Part shown: positions 19,411-28,294 of the stretch, one piece after another
How positions within the stretch are numbered: the stretch's first letter is position 1
Layout of the letters: each line of letters opens with the position of its first letter
Assembly (NCBI GenBank): GCA_030650605.1
Contig: JAUSDP010000020.1
Coordinates: forward strand, 13,486-77,485
Reading direction: 5' to 3'
From: a bacterium
Lineage (GTDB): Bacteria; Patescibacteriota; Minisyncoccia; Phycocordibacterales; Zambryskibacteraceae
DNA length: 64,000 nt
Made by a program: the position numbers and the translations under genes
The notes under the pieces: generated by a model
What the model saw: only the letters and a program-made list of their open reading frames with translations
What the model was told of the DNA's origin: nothing
Databases searched by the model: none

Positions 19411-20436
19411 TTAGGCCGGGCCGACCAAAGTATCAAGACCTGCCCCGGCATTCAATACAAGATCGCGGCGGATTCGCTTGCAAAAATCTACGACTGCAGA
19501 CAGGTTAGATAGATCCATAAGCGCAATACGGTCAGCTAAATGAAGCACATCGTGTCCGGGAGTGATGCTTGGAGATAGCTCCTTCCGAGCACACTGAAAA
19601 CGCAACTCAACGGTCGGTGTCGGCACTTCAATAACAAAATCGAAGCGACGCTTGAGGGCACTGTCGAGCAAGCTGTCAGCATTGGTCGCTGCCACAAGCA
19701 CGCACGACGATGGAATGCGTTCAATAGCAATGAGCAATTGGTTGGTTACTCGCCGCATTTCGCCAATGTCCCGGTTGTCGTTCCGGTCCATGCCAATGCC
19801 GTCAAACTCATCCAAAAATAAGACGCACGGAGCAGTCTTCGTATATTCAAAAATACTTTGGAGGTTCTTGCCTGTCTCGCCAAGATGGCTGTCAATCAGC
19901 CCACCGTATTTGACGCGAAGAAATGGGATTGACAACTCGAACGCAAGTGCCTCGGCTAACATCGTTTTACCGTTACCAGGTGCTCCATGCAAAAGCACCT
20001 TGTGTCGAGGAACCAATCCATACGCCGCCAGATCACTGCTACGGTTATGTTCGGCAACAATTTCCATGCACTCTCGTTGAATTTCAAGCGGCAGAATGAC
20101 AGCGTCAAAACCGTGCCTTGCCTCTTCAAATTCCAGAAGTCTTTCGGGCTTGACGGCCAACTGCCGCATCTCTTTGCCGAACATTGATCGAATCTTCTTC
20201 GACACATCTGGATGGTGGGCTTCTACAGCGCTAGCAATACTCTCACCGACCACCGAAATACGATCTTTTTGATTCCATTGGAATGCCTCAATTAACTTCG
20301 GGAGCTGCTTTATCGCCGCTGTCTCAGCTAGTCGTTTTTGCACCTTGACCGGAATTGGTGGTTCGTCCAGGAGATTATTTTGAGTATTAATTTGATTATT
20401 CACTTTTGTCCTCTTAATTTGCCTTAGCAACGCCAA
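19411..20436 (-). CDS. AAA+ ATPase
   Basis: Walker A GAPGNGKT, Walker B LFLDEFD, sensor AATN and SRH LDSALKRRFD. Confidence 0.9.
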   Translation of the reverse strand: MALLRQIKRTKVNNQINTQNNLLDEPPIPVKVQKRLAETAAIKQLPKLIEAFQWNQKDRISVVGESIASAVEAHHPDVSKKIRSMFGKEMRQLAVKPERLLEFEEARHGFDAVILPLEIQRECMEIVAEHNRSSDLAAYGLVPRHKVLLHGAPGNGKTMLAEALAFELSIPFLRVKYGGLIDSHLGETGKNLQSIFEYTKTAPCVLFLDEFDGIGMDRNDNRDIGEMRRVTNQLLIAIERIPSSCVLVAATNADSLLDSALKRRFDFVIEVPTPTVELRFQCARKELSPSITPGHDVLHLADRIALMDLSNLSAVVDFCKRIRRDLVLNAGAGLDTLVGPA

Positions 20437-20524
20437 TCAACTTATCGCAGTCCATGTAAAACTTAGACTGAACCGAATTCGTTCAAAATCTCTAGCTAAT
20501 AACGTTTAGCCTTCAATTCAATTG

Positions 20525-20553
20525 AGTATAGTAACGTAGCGTTACTATGTCAA
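20525..20553 (-). promoter_or_regulatory. sigma70 promoter with internal operator palindrome (family B)
   Basis: TTGACA-17-TATACT; ATAGTAACG-tag-CGTTACTAT at 20528-20548. Confidence 0.8.
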
Positions 20554-20564
20554 GATTATTTACA

Positions 20565-20867
20565 TCAGGTAGATTCTTTTCTAGTTCTAGGGCGGGACGC
20601 TCTTTGGCGCAATTGTAATGGCGCTTTAAATGCATTCATTGTTGGCAGGGTATCAGGCACTGCAACATCTAAGCCTCCAAGCATACCAAGGGCACGAAAT
20701 TGTTTAATAAAACTCGATATGCGAATATCTTCGCCGGCTTCCAATTTTGCTAAAGTTTTTTTATTTAAGCCGGACTTAGTCGCCATCGTATCGAGAGACA
20801 TATTTTTGTCTAAGCGACGCTGACGCATACGAGACCCAAGTTCCGCAAGGATCTCACTGTCCGTCAT
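20565..20867 (-). CDS. XRE/HipB-like HTH regulator
   Basis: LGSRMRQRRLDKNMSLDTMATKSGLNKKTLAKLEAG HTH_3 pattern. Confidence 0.85.
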   Translation of the reverse strand: MTDSEILAELGSRMRQRRLDKNMSLDTMATKSGLNKKTLAKLEAGEDIRISSFIKQFRALGMLGGLDVAVPDTLPTMNAFKAPLQLRQRASRPRTRKEST

Positions 20868-21064
20868 ATAGGTAGCTAGGCAATAAAGACCATGATAGTG
20901 GATTAAACAGAAACGGCAAGAAGTTACTTATCGAATGGATAGGTCGGAATCTTCACCGTCAAACTCACTCTGTCGTAGGTGGATCGATGTTGTGCCTTGA
21001 AGCCCATGGTCTTTCGAAATGGCATTAATTACGTCTTCCGAAATTTTCCATTTGATCGTCTGCG

Positions 21065-21988
21065 TTACGCAGCTTTTTCGTCACTGTCTTCCAATATTAA
21101 TCCGCCCAGAGCAAAGAACAAATCATCAAGCATTTTCGAGAGTTCGCCGGCCATTAAGATAAAGTCCGCATCAAATCTTTCTCCTTCGTCGCGTGGTTGG
21201 GCGTCTGCCTCTCCACTTAGAATATCGAGTGGTTTAATACTTTTAATCGCCAAAGTATCCGTAAGCACAAACGAAATTCGATCGTTCCAGGTTAGCGCGA
21301 GTTTTGTGCATTCTTTTCCTGCGGCAATATGCCGGTGCACATCGTCAGCGTCTAAACTATGTCTTACATACCGCACTGTCGCTTTGTCCTCTGTATGCGC
21401 CTTTAACTCGGTATCCTGATCGATCGTGAAGCCTTTCGGCGCCTCATTTCCGAGTAGCCAGGACGTCATGGCTTGCTGAGGCGAGATCTTAACGCGAACA
21501 CTTTCAAGTCCAATGTCGTTAAAAGATTTTAAAAACATTTTGATAATTTCATCCGACTTGGTTGGTGATGACGTATTAAAGATCAACCAGCCATTGACTG
21601 AATCGATCCAAACCAGAACGCTTCCAGTTAAGCTAAATGCCCGTGGCAGTAATTCGTCTGTGACCCGTTCCTTGAGTTCTTTCATGTGCTTTCGTCCAGG
21701 CTTGAAGCCTTGCTCCTCCTCAATTTCGCACGCTTTCATTTTTGTGAAATGCGTAATGACCGAGGCTGGCAGTAATTTTTTCTCGGTCTCGAATCGGAGC
21801 AATAATTGCCTATCAACGTGATGAACGAATTTCCCGTTGTCGCATGGTGAAATCCAACCCGAACTAATCATATCCATGCTCGTGCATGGCTGAAATGCAT
21901 GCGCTAACAGCATCGATTCCATCTTTTCTTGAATCAGTCTTAACTTCGCAACTGAAATTTGATAGATCTGAAGATTTCTGAAAAACAT
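21065..21988 (-). CDS. rdgC: recombination-associated protein RdgC
   Basis: MFFRNLQIY, EKKLLPASVI, LLPRAF, KLALTWNDRISFVL and FDADFILM motifs. Confidence 0.95.
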   Translation of the reverse strand: MFFRNLQIYQISVAKLRLIQEKMESMLLAHAFQPCTSMDMISSGWISPCDNGKFVHHVDRQLLLRFETEKKLLPASVITHFTKMKACEIEEEQGFKPGRKHMKELKERVTDELLPRAFSLTGSVLVWIDSVNGWLIFNTSSPTKSDEIIKMFLKSFNDIGLESVRVKISPQQAMTSWLLGNEAPKGFTIDQDTELKAHTEDKATVRYVRHSLDADDVHRHIAAGKECTKLALTWNDRISFVLTDTLAIKSIKPLDILSGEADAQPRDEGERFDADFILMAGELSKMLDDLFFALGGLILEDSDEKAA

Positions 21989-22039
21989 GGGATGGTCCTT
22001 TTGCAGTGAAGTTTGTAGTTTTGTTATGTCAGAGTAAAT

Positions 22040-22660
22040 TTATCCACGCACTAATTGATGACGCGTGGAACTAGGAATAACTTCTGCGTTGTGTTGATGG
22101 ATTGAGTCCAAAGTAAAATCAACTTTTTGAACAACTTTATTGCGCCAGAAGTCAGTAAGCGATTCCATTTCAAAACATAATTGCTTGAGCTGAATGACTC
22201 CGTGAGCGCCATTCAATTTTGAGGAATCCAAAGTGGATAGAAATACTTTATGCGCTTGATTCATGGTTGTAGGCATGAAGCCCGCAATCCGCTCCATCGT
22301 TTCGCCATTAACAGCGTCAAGAATATTGAATGCTTCTTTGGAGATTGCTCCAATGTTGAGTGCCTCATCGTTTAATTTCTTAAAAAGCGTTACAAGCGTC
22401 CCACCATGTTTTACCACGGCAGTAATACTATCTTTACGATGATCCAACCTAGCGAACGCATCTTGTAGCCGTGATTTTACGAGTTCAGCTTCATCCATCC
22501 TATCCGAGAGATTCTTCGCTCGAAAACTGAATAACGCAAGCCTGGCGGACCTTCCTATCGCTAGGCTTGTTGAATCAAAATGCTGTAGGGGCTTCATGCC
22601 AACAAACAGCAAACCAACTGGTAAGCCTGCTGCTTTTTTTTTTAATTTACCTTCATTCAT
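22040..22660 (-). CDS. hypothetical protein
   Basis: 206-aa ORF. Confidence 0.65.
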   Translation of the reverse strand: MNEGKLKKKAAGLPVGLLFVGMKPLQHFDSTSLAIGRSARLALFSFRAKNLSDRMDEAELVKSRLQDAFARLDHRKDSITAVVKHGGTLVTLFKKLNDEALNIGAISKEAFNILDAVNGETMERIAGFMPTTMNQAHKVFLSTLDSSKLNGAHGVIQLKQLCFEMESLTDFWRNKVVQKVDFTLDSIHQHNAEVIPSSTRHQLVRG

Positions 22661-22661
22661 T

Positions 22662-24035
22662 TCAGCACCTCGTCGCTACGTCATTATTTTGCAAATCTTC
22701 TGGAGTCAATTGATGCAAGACATTGCCTTCAAAATCCACCACTTCGATGTGATCAAAACAGAATAAATCTTTCTGTAGTTCCGCCATTTCTTTTGCTGTT
22801 TTAAGACCGCTCTTTACAAGTTCTCGGGTTATTTTGGAATCGACCGTCACCACCAATTCATAAGCAGTAAAGATTGCGGCTATGTCGTCAGTTTCCTCAG
22901 AAATAATCGTTTCCGGATGTTGCCAATCGCAGATCTGAAGTAATTGAAATGCAGCGTGCTCTTTCATTGCTTCGGTTTGAGATGGGTATTCACGATCAAC
23001 CACTTCTACGAATTCATTTTTTGACATTGGTTCGTCGGAATTCTCCGGCCAATAAACGAGCGCCGATGAAGGCAACGCACTCCATTGCTCATGCGTCATA
23101 TCTTTTTTTGCGTCGGCTGTCACTCGTTGAAAAGTGTCTTTTTCAAGCACTGCTTTTGGCGCGTAACACATAATCCACGTGACATATTCCGGTCGAACTT
23201 TGCTACGCATTTTGTGAGATGCTTCGATCGTTTTTGCAATATCTGATCGCAATGCATCAACTCCATTGTGTAAATCATCACCAATATCCTGGCTAGCCTT
23301 TTCAAGGCTAAAATCTAAGCTTCGTGCCTCTGGTACCCTTGATGTCTTTACAGCGATGGCACCGGGAATGCAATGCTCAAGTGCGCTAGATACATTACCG
23401 TCCAGGGAAACAAGTTTTACGAATTCTGCGAATTTCCCTAAACTTTCTAGGTCACGCCATTGGTCCCCGGTTAATAAATAGTTGTCGATTGGCGCGGATG
23501 AACTGCGCTGCGATCCGCTTGTTGGCTTGTCAATTGAAACTCGCACATACATAGTCTCGGAGTCTAAGTCGAAAGGGCTTGAGTGATCTTCAGTTGTCAT
23601 GCGCAGCCGACCGGAGAAAGGCGAACGAGAAACCGTTGAAGAAAATTCTATGGACTCACCGTAAAGGGTGTTTTGATTAAAGGTAATTCTTGCTCCAGGT
23701 GACCGAGTTGCGGAAAACTGGGGATTCGCCAATTCATTCTGTTTTGCCAAATGTATTCTATTTCGCAGGTCTACACCAAAGTCATTGGCTAACTTTTTGG
23801 TTGGAAAATCGGCGATCCATTCAACACCACCAAAGTCGCAATTTTCCGGATGATTTGGGTCACATTCACCGTAAACCGACCACATAAATATATTTGGATT
23901 ATTCTCATCTTTCGTTACCGTTAGCTGCCCTCCGAACTCTCTGCTGGCGGCAGCATCTCTCGATAATTCATTACCATCATCGTCCACACCCACAACAGGA
24001 GAAACTTCAACTCCGGCGTACACTGCGAGGCTCAT
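22662..24035 (-). CDS. multi-domain hypothetical protein
   Basis: 457-aa ORF, AGGAG RBS. Confidence 0.75.
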   Translation of the reverse strand: MSLAVYAGVEVSPVVGVDDDGNELSRDAAASREFGGQLTVTKDENNPNIFMWSVYGECDPNHPENCDFGGVEWIADFPTKKLANDFGVDLRNRIHLAKQNELANPQFSATRSPGARITFNQNTLYGESIEFSSTVSRSPFSGRLRMTTEDHSSPFDLDSETMYVRVSIDKPTSGSQRSSSAPIDNYLLTGDQWRDLESLGKFAEFVKLVSLDGNVSSALEHCIPGAIAVKTSRVPEARSLDFSLEKASQDIGDDLHNGVDALRSDIAKTIEASHKMRSKVRPEYVTWIMCYAPKAVLEKDTFQRVTADAKKDMTHEQWSALPSSALVYWPENSDEPMSKNEFVEVVDREYPSQTEAMKEHAAFQLLQICDWQHPETIISEETDDIAAIFTAYELVVTVDSKITRELVKSGLKTAKEMAELQKDLFCFDHIEVVDFEGNVLHQLTPEDLQNNDVATRC

Positions 24036-24224
24036 GAAAAACTCCTAAATTTCAATTTTGTACTACGTAAAGATATATCTCTACGAAATAATATATTAAA
24101 AATTGAAATTTGAAACGATTATTTGAATGGATTCATAAATGCGGTTGAAATTGACGAGCACATTATCGATACAGAATATTAACCGCGTATGCAGAAGTTC
24201 ATGAAATAACTACCCACAAAAAGA

Positions 24225-24266
24225 AATCTTATCAAAATTGATAATACTATCAATTTTGATAAGATT
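24225..24266. repeat. perfect 19-bp inverted repeat (4-nt loop)
   Basis: AATCTTATCAAAATTGATA-atac-TATCAATTTTGATAAGATT. Confidence 0.85.
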
Positions 24267-24372
24267 GAAGTTGGGCGCAGCTTTGCGGCCTATAGAACGT
24301 GCAAATCAGCACTGGCGTGCCGGATTTACTGCGTGAAAAATTGAAAGAGTACATCATTTTAGGAACAAAAAA

Positions 24373-24431
24373 TGTTCTCGTTTAATATGGATTGTTATCG
24401 TTTAATTCGGATGTTCTCAATTAATGTGGGT
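24373..24431. repeat. three tandem imperfect ~20-bp direct repeats (iteron/centromere-like)
   Basis: TGTTCTCGTTTAATATGGAT / TGTTATCGTTTAATTCGGAT / TGTTCTCAATTAATGTGGGT. Confidence 0.6.
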
Positions 24432-24545
24432 TTTTACAACCAAACAGCGGTCGCCTGCCACCTTGTCGCCACTTTTGAACAGGACTCCACTCATCCAACA
24501 ATAAAAACACCCAGGCTCTCATGAGTCAAATGCAAACGAATTAAA

Positions 24546-24585
24546 TTGAAGTATTTACTGTGTTTAAATACAGTAAATACTTCAA
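24546..24585. promoter_or_regulatory. LexA (SOS) box within a 40-bp near-perfect palindrome
   Basis: TACTGTGTTTAAATACAGTA (24556-24575) fits CTGT-N8-ACAG; the palindrome extends to TTGAAG...CTTCAA with one mismatch. Confidence 0.7.
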
Positions 24586-24649
24586 GCCCCAAGCAATGGA
24601 ATATTCTACGGCGATGTGCAGAATATTCTACGATGTGTGCCCATCCCCT

Positions 24650-25297
24650 TTATTTTTTAGCAGTGCTATCTGCTTGAAGGGTCGAACTCAAGGGCTTTTT
24701 TTCTGATAGAGAATTGTCAGTATCTGGATATTGCACAATTGGGTCCATGCTTAAATAAGTTTTGGCGCTGGGCGTAACTTCATGATTTCTATCTGATTGT
24801 TCCCAGGGAACAAGGTAACCGGCAAGTCGTAACGATATTGAAATCAAAAATACACACACTATTATTGCAGTAAGAATTGACAACACTATCAAGACTGGTG
24901 AAATATGTTTCCCATTATCAATATGCGGTTGCGATGATCTCACGCCCGAATAAGCATCATCATCCTTGTGGTCGCCGTCAAACGCTGTTAACAAAATATG
25001 ATATGCGTCTGTGTAAGCTTTCATTGCCAATTCATTATTTGCAAATATTAAGATGGTTTTGGCATTAAAAACTAGATCCGAATATTCAGGATTATCGTCA
25101 TTTTTTTGAACTAAGAGAGTAGCCGACCGCTCCCCATACGACTCTTCAATTTTAATGAAATGAAGAATGCCGTGGGGACTAGCAAAAAGTAACTTTCTGG
25201 AAGGTCCATCTCCAGTTACGGTCACTGCGTCAAAAAGGCAGCCTTCAATGTGACCGACTCCGTTACTTGTTGGTGCCGAAATATCTAAAATCTCCAT
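24650..25297 (-). CDS. membrane-anchored hypothetical protein
   Basis: 215 aa with a single TM helix. Confidence 0.65.
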   Translation of the reverse strand: MEILDISAPTSNGVGHIEGCLFDAVTVTGDGPSRKLLFASPHGILHFIKIEESYGERSATLLVQKNDDNPEYSDLVFNAKTILIFANNELAMKAYTDAYHILLTAFDGDHKDDDAYSGVRSSQPHIDNGKHISPVLIVLSILTAIIVCVFLISISLRLAGYLVPWEQSDRNHEVTPSAKTYLSMDPIVQYPDTDNSLSEKKPLSSTLQADSTAKK

Positions 25298-25323
25298 GAA
25301 AAATCCTATGTCCTAAATCAGTG

Positions 25324-25749
25324 TTAAGGGGCAATACCTGGCACACGATGATCATCATCCTCAGCGGGAAGCATCGCTTTTACGATTGCACTTTGCTTTG
25401 CAATATCGTCAGGGTAGTTTCGTTCAATTGATACCACTAATTTGCGTACGTTATCGGTGAATTCAGTCATGGGATCAGTAACCGAATTAATTACGTGCGC
25501 AAGCTGAAATTCAAGTGTGTGTTCTGCATCCATGATAAATCCGGCCACATTTTTCAATGGGTGATCAGATATTGGATCCCAGACAGTTATCTTTAGCTCC
25601 TCAATTAACTCCTCATCATCAGAGTACATAGCATCTATCACTTCGTCTTGGCGCGTTTCGTCCCAATTTGAAAGAAACTGGCTCAAAGCCATTCTTAAAC
25701 AATATGATTTAATATTAAAACTTGGCTTTTGACTGTTGCTGTCGCCCAT
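25324..25749 (-). CDS. hypothetical protein
   Basis: 141 aa; C-terminal module shared with 25807..26316. Confidence 0.65.
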   Translation of the reverse strand: MGDSNSQKPSFNIKSYCLRMALSQFLSNWDETRQDEVIDAMYSDDEELIEELKITVWDPISDHPLKNVAGFIMDAEHTLEFQLAHVINSVTDPMTEFTDNVRKLVVSIERNYPDDIAKQSAIVKAMLPAEDDDHRVPGIAP

Positions 25750-25806
25750 TATTTACGCTCTTTTTCAAAATTTTATTGTAACGATCAGTCGTCATTATTT
25801 AGAGAC

Positions 25807-26316
25807 CTAAGGACTACTCCGAACGGCATTCGGATCTTCATTGTCGTCGTCATGATCGACCACAGCATTTGAATCATTGTCTTCCAAAGGCAATTCACGT
25901 TTCACAAATTGATAGTGCTCTGAAATAGTCTGGGGATCTCCCTCTTCAATAGCGCTTAAGAGTAGGCGTACGTTGTCAACCAGCTTGCCAAGTGATTGAT
26001 GATCCTGAGATTTTGTAGAGAATGGAGGATTCCATTTTCCGGTGTCTACATTCATAATCCGCGCAACATCGATGTGTTGATATAGTTGTGTTTGCCAATC
26101 GACGCCATCAAATAAAACCCTAAGATCGAGAAAAATACCGGCCGCTTTAGCTAGCTCCGCTGGCACAGCGCAATCATTTTCGTCAGCAACCAACTTGACA
26201 GCCTTAGTGTCATTCAATGCTGAGAACGCTGATGCAACTAATAGGGCCTTATATGGCATAGGCAAGGCAACGATAGCTGCGTCAAAGAGTGCTTCAGCTT
26301 GTTTCAAATTTTTCAT
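25807..26316 (-). CDS. hypothetical protein
   Basis: 169 aa; ATGA overlap with the upstream gene. Confidence 0.65.
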   Translation of the reverse strand: MKNLKQAEALFDAAIVALPMPYKALLVASAFSALNDTKAVKLVADENDCAVPAELAKAAGIFLDLRVLFDGVDWQTQLYQHIDVARIMNVDTGKWNPPFSTKSQDHQSLGKLVDNVRLLLSAIEEGDPQTISEHYQFVKRELPLEDNDSNAVVDHDDDNEDPNAVRSSP

Positions 26317-26519
26317 ACAATTTTTTCGATAGATTTACGCCAAACCAAATCGTCAACAAGTTTCATCTCGCCAAACCATTGGAAAGTTACTTTGTCAGCT
26401 TTTCCGTCGTTGACAACATCAACAACAACGTATTGCAACCCAGCGTTATATAGCCCCGTTTCGGCCTCACCTGATTCGATCATTGCCTTAATCAGGGCTT
26501 CGATTTCTTCTTGATCCAT
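26313..26519 (-). CDS. hypothetical protein
   Basis: GAGG RBS, 68 aa. Confidence 0.55.
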   Translation of the reverse strand: MDQEEIEALIKAMIESGEAETGLYNAGLQYVVVDVVNDGKADKVTFQWFGEMKLVDDLVWRKSIEKIV

Positions 26520-26534
26520 AGTTTTTGCACCTCT

Positions 26535-27806
26535 TTAAAAACCTGCACGTTGCATTTCACCGCGTTTGGCTTCCAGCTTGGGGATATATTCTTGTCTTGC
26601 CTGTGACGCTAAAATTGCGCCAAGATAGATGCCTATTTTTTCTTGACGTTTTAAGTTTTCTAGCGCGAGGTAATTGGACTGTGCTTGCATAAACATAGAT
26701 TCACGCGCTACCGCTTCAGGTGTAGCCGCCGACATTGCGGTATACCATTCAGCGTTCCCATATCGACGCATAACGTCGATATCCATTAAGTCCATCCACG
26801 ATATTCCTTTGGGATATCCGCCTGCCGCTGCTGCACGCTTATTGTAGAAATCCTTGGCGCCTGGTGAATTGACCGTAATGGTACTCATCAAGGTTTTTGT
26901 GATGGCCTGCGGAGTTGAGTTGGCAGCAGATTCAGTGAATGGCTCTTTTGCCAATAAAAGAACTTGTTCCAACTCTTTTTGTAGACCAAAATATTGGCCA
27001 CCAAATGCACTTTTGGCCTGTTTTTCGGTCAGTGCTGCACCAAGCGCAGAGCCACCGCCAATATTACGTAAATACGCATTGACCGCATCCATTTGGCGGT
27101 CGTCAAATGTTCTTGTCGCGATACCTCGTTTAACTGAGCCAGCACCTCTAAATAATGTCTCTGGATCAACGTCGCCATTGGGATAACCACCCTCGCCTCT
27201 GCAATATTGTTTGGTTCCGGGTCCATTAGATTCATCTGCGGTACAGTACAAATTGCCGTCGACATGCTGTTTTGCTGTACGCGCATTGCTAATTTCTCGC
27301 GATGGACTATTTGCGGGTCCCACTTCTCTCACCGCTAGTGCTACTGCTGCTGTGCCAGGTTGTACGCGACCACCGCCACCGCCACTACCAAAGCGGCCAT
27401 AGGACCCCGCCACACTACGTCCCGTCTCATCGATGATGTCAGACATACTGCCAGTGGTACACGGATCCGCCGCTAATTGATATTTATCGGCGACCTCCGC
27501 ATTCTGTTTAATCCTAATGGCTTCTAACTGCCCATCCTGTAATTGTTTTGTTTGTTGTTCGGCTGCTGCCATCGCCTTGTCCGAGCTGGCACCTACGGCG
27601 GCGGCAGTTTGATTGATCGCGCCTATGGTGGTATTGAAATTATAGTTAGTTAAATTGGCCGCTGCTAACATCGCTTCCTGCCAAATTGCAGTCGCGATGT
27701 CAGTCACATTGGTATCCATAACACCTAAATACGCCCACGCCCCACCGGATGTCACAATTAACGATCCGGCGACAGAGATTGCAATGATTTTTTTTCGGAG
27801 TCTCAT
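26535..27806 (-). CDS. exported conjugative transfer protein, TraW (IncI) / IcmX-like
   Basis: Signal peptide, DPC...YC...YC Cys pattern, and C-terminal DVMRRYGNAEWY..M....PEAVARE motif. Confidence 0.6.
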   Translation of the reverse strand: MRLRKKIIAISVAGSLIVTSGGAWAYLGVMDTNVTDIATAIWQEAMLAAANLTNYNFNTTIGAINQTAAAVGASSDKAMAAAEQQTKQLQDGQLEAIRIKQNAEVADKYQLAADPCTTGSMSDIIDETGRSVAGSYGRFGSGGGGGRVQPGTAAVALAVREVGPANSPSREISNARTAKQHVDGNLYCTADESNGPGTKQYCRGEGGYPNGDVDPETLFRGAGSVKRGIATRTFDDRQMDAVNAYLRNIGGGSALGAALTEKQAKSAFGGQYFGLQKELEQVLLLAKEPFTESAANSTPQAITKTLMSTITVNSPGAKDFYNKRAAAAGGYPKGISWMDLMDIDVMRRYGNAEWYTAMSAATPEAVARESMFMQAQSNYLALENLKRQEKIGIYLGAILASQARQEYIPKLEAKRGEMQRAGF

Positions 27807-28294
27807 TTAAAAATGCTCCTGACGGTTTCTAAAATTGAATTCGAAGGAACCTGCGCGGCCATTGGCGTAACAATGTTGTTGATCGTTTGAGTCGGGTTCT
27901 GAATAATATTTCCAACATTATTGATTTTTCCTAGAGTGTCACCGGCTCGCACTCTCGCCTGGTCACAAAATCTTGAAAATTGATTGTTAATGACCTGACC
28001 CATGACGCGGGAGACAATGGGACCGACTAAAGAAGGAAGTGGGAGATCCGAAGTGCCAGGAACAATAGCTGGTATTGACTTGAGCATATTGAAGCATTGG
28101 GTATTTGCATCACGAAGAGAGTCTTGTGTTCGCGCTACATATCCATCGATCGCATTCATACTTCTGTTCATTGCGGAGTTTCCTGAGTCAGCCATTTTTT
28201 GACCTGTCCCGCAAGTAACCGTCCCCGCGTTTACTTGTAGTGTTAGGATAGGTACCAGGACGGCGATCACAAATTTTCGTATTAACATTTTCAT
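27803..28294 (-). CDS. exported protein, likely transfer-associated
   Basis: Signal peptide, 3 Cys, coupled to the TraW-like gene. Confidence 0.6.
   Translation of the reverse strand: MKMLIRKFVIAVLVPILTLQVNAGTVTCGTGQKMADSGNSAMNRSMNAIDGYVARTQDSLRDANTQCFNMLKSIPAIVPGTSDLPLPSLVGPIVSRVMGQVINNQFSRFCDQARVRAGDTLGKINNVGNIIQNPTQTINNIVTPMAAQVPSNSILETVRSIFK

Noticed and set aside
24238-24253. FNR or Fur box in TTGAT-N6-ATCAA
   Set aside because: Spacing fits neither FNR (N4) nor the Fur 7-1-7 consensus
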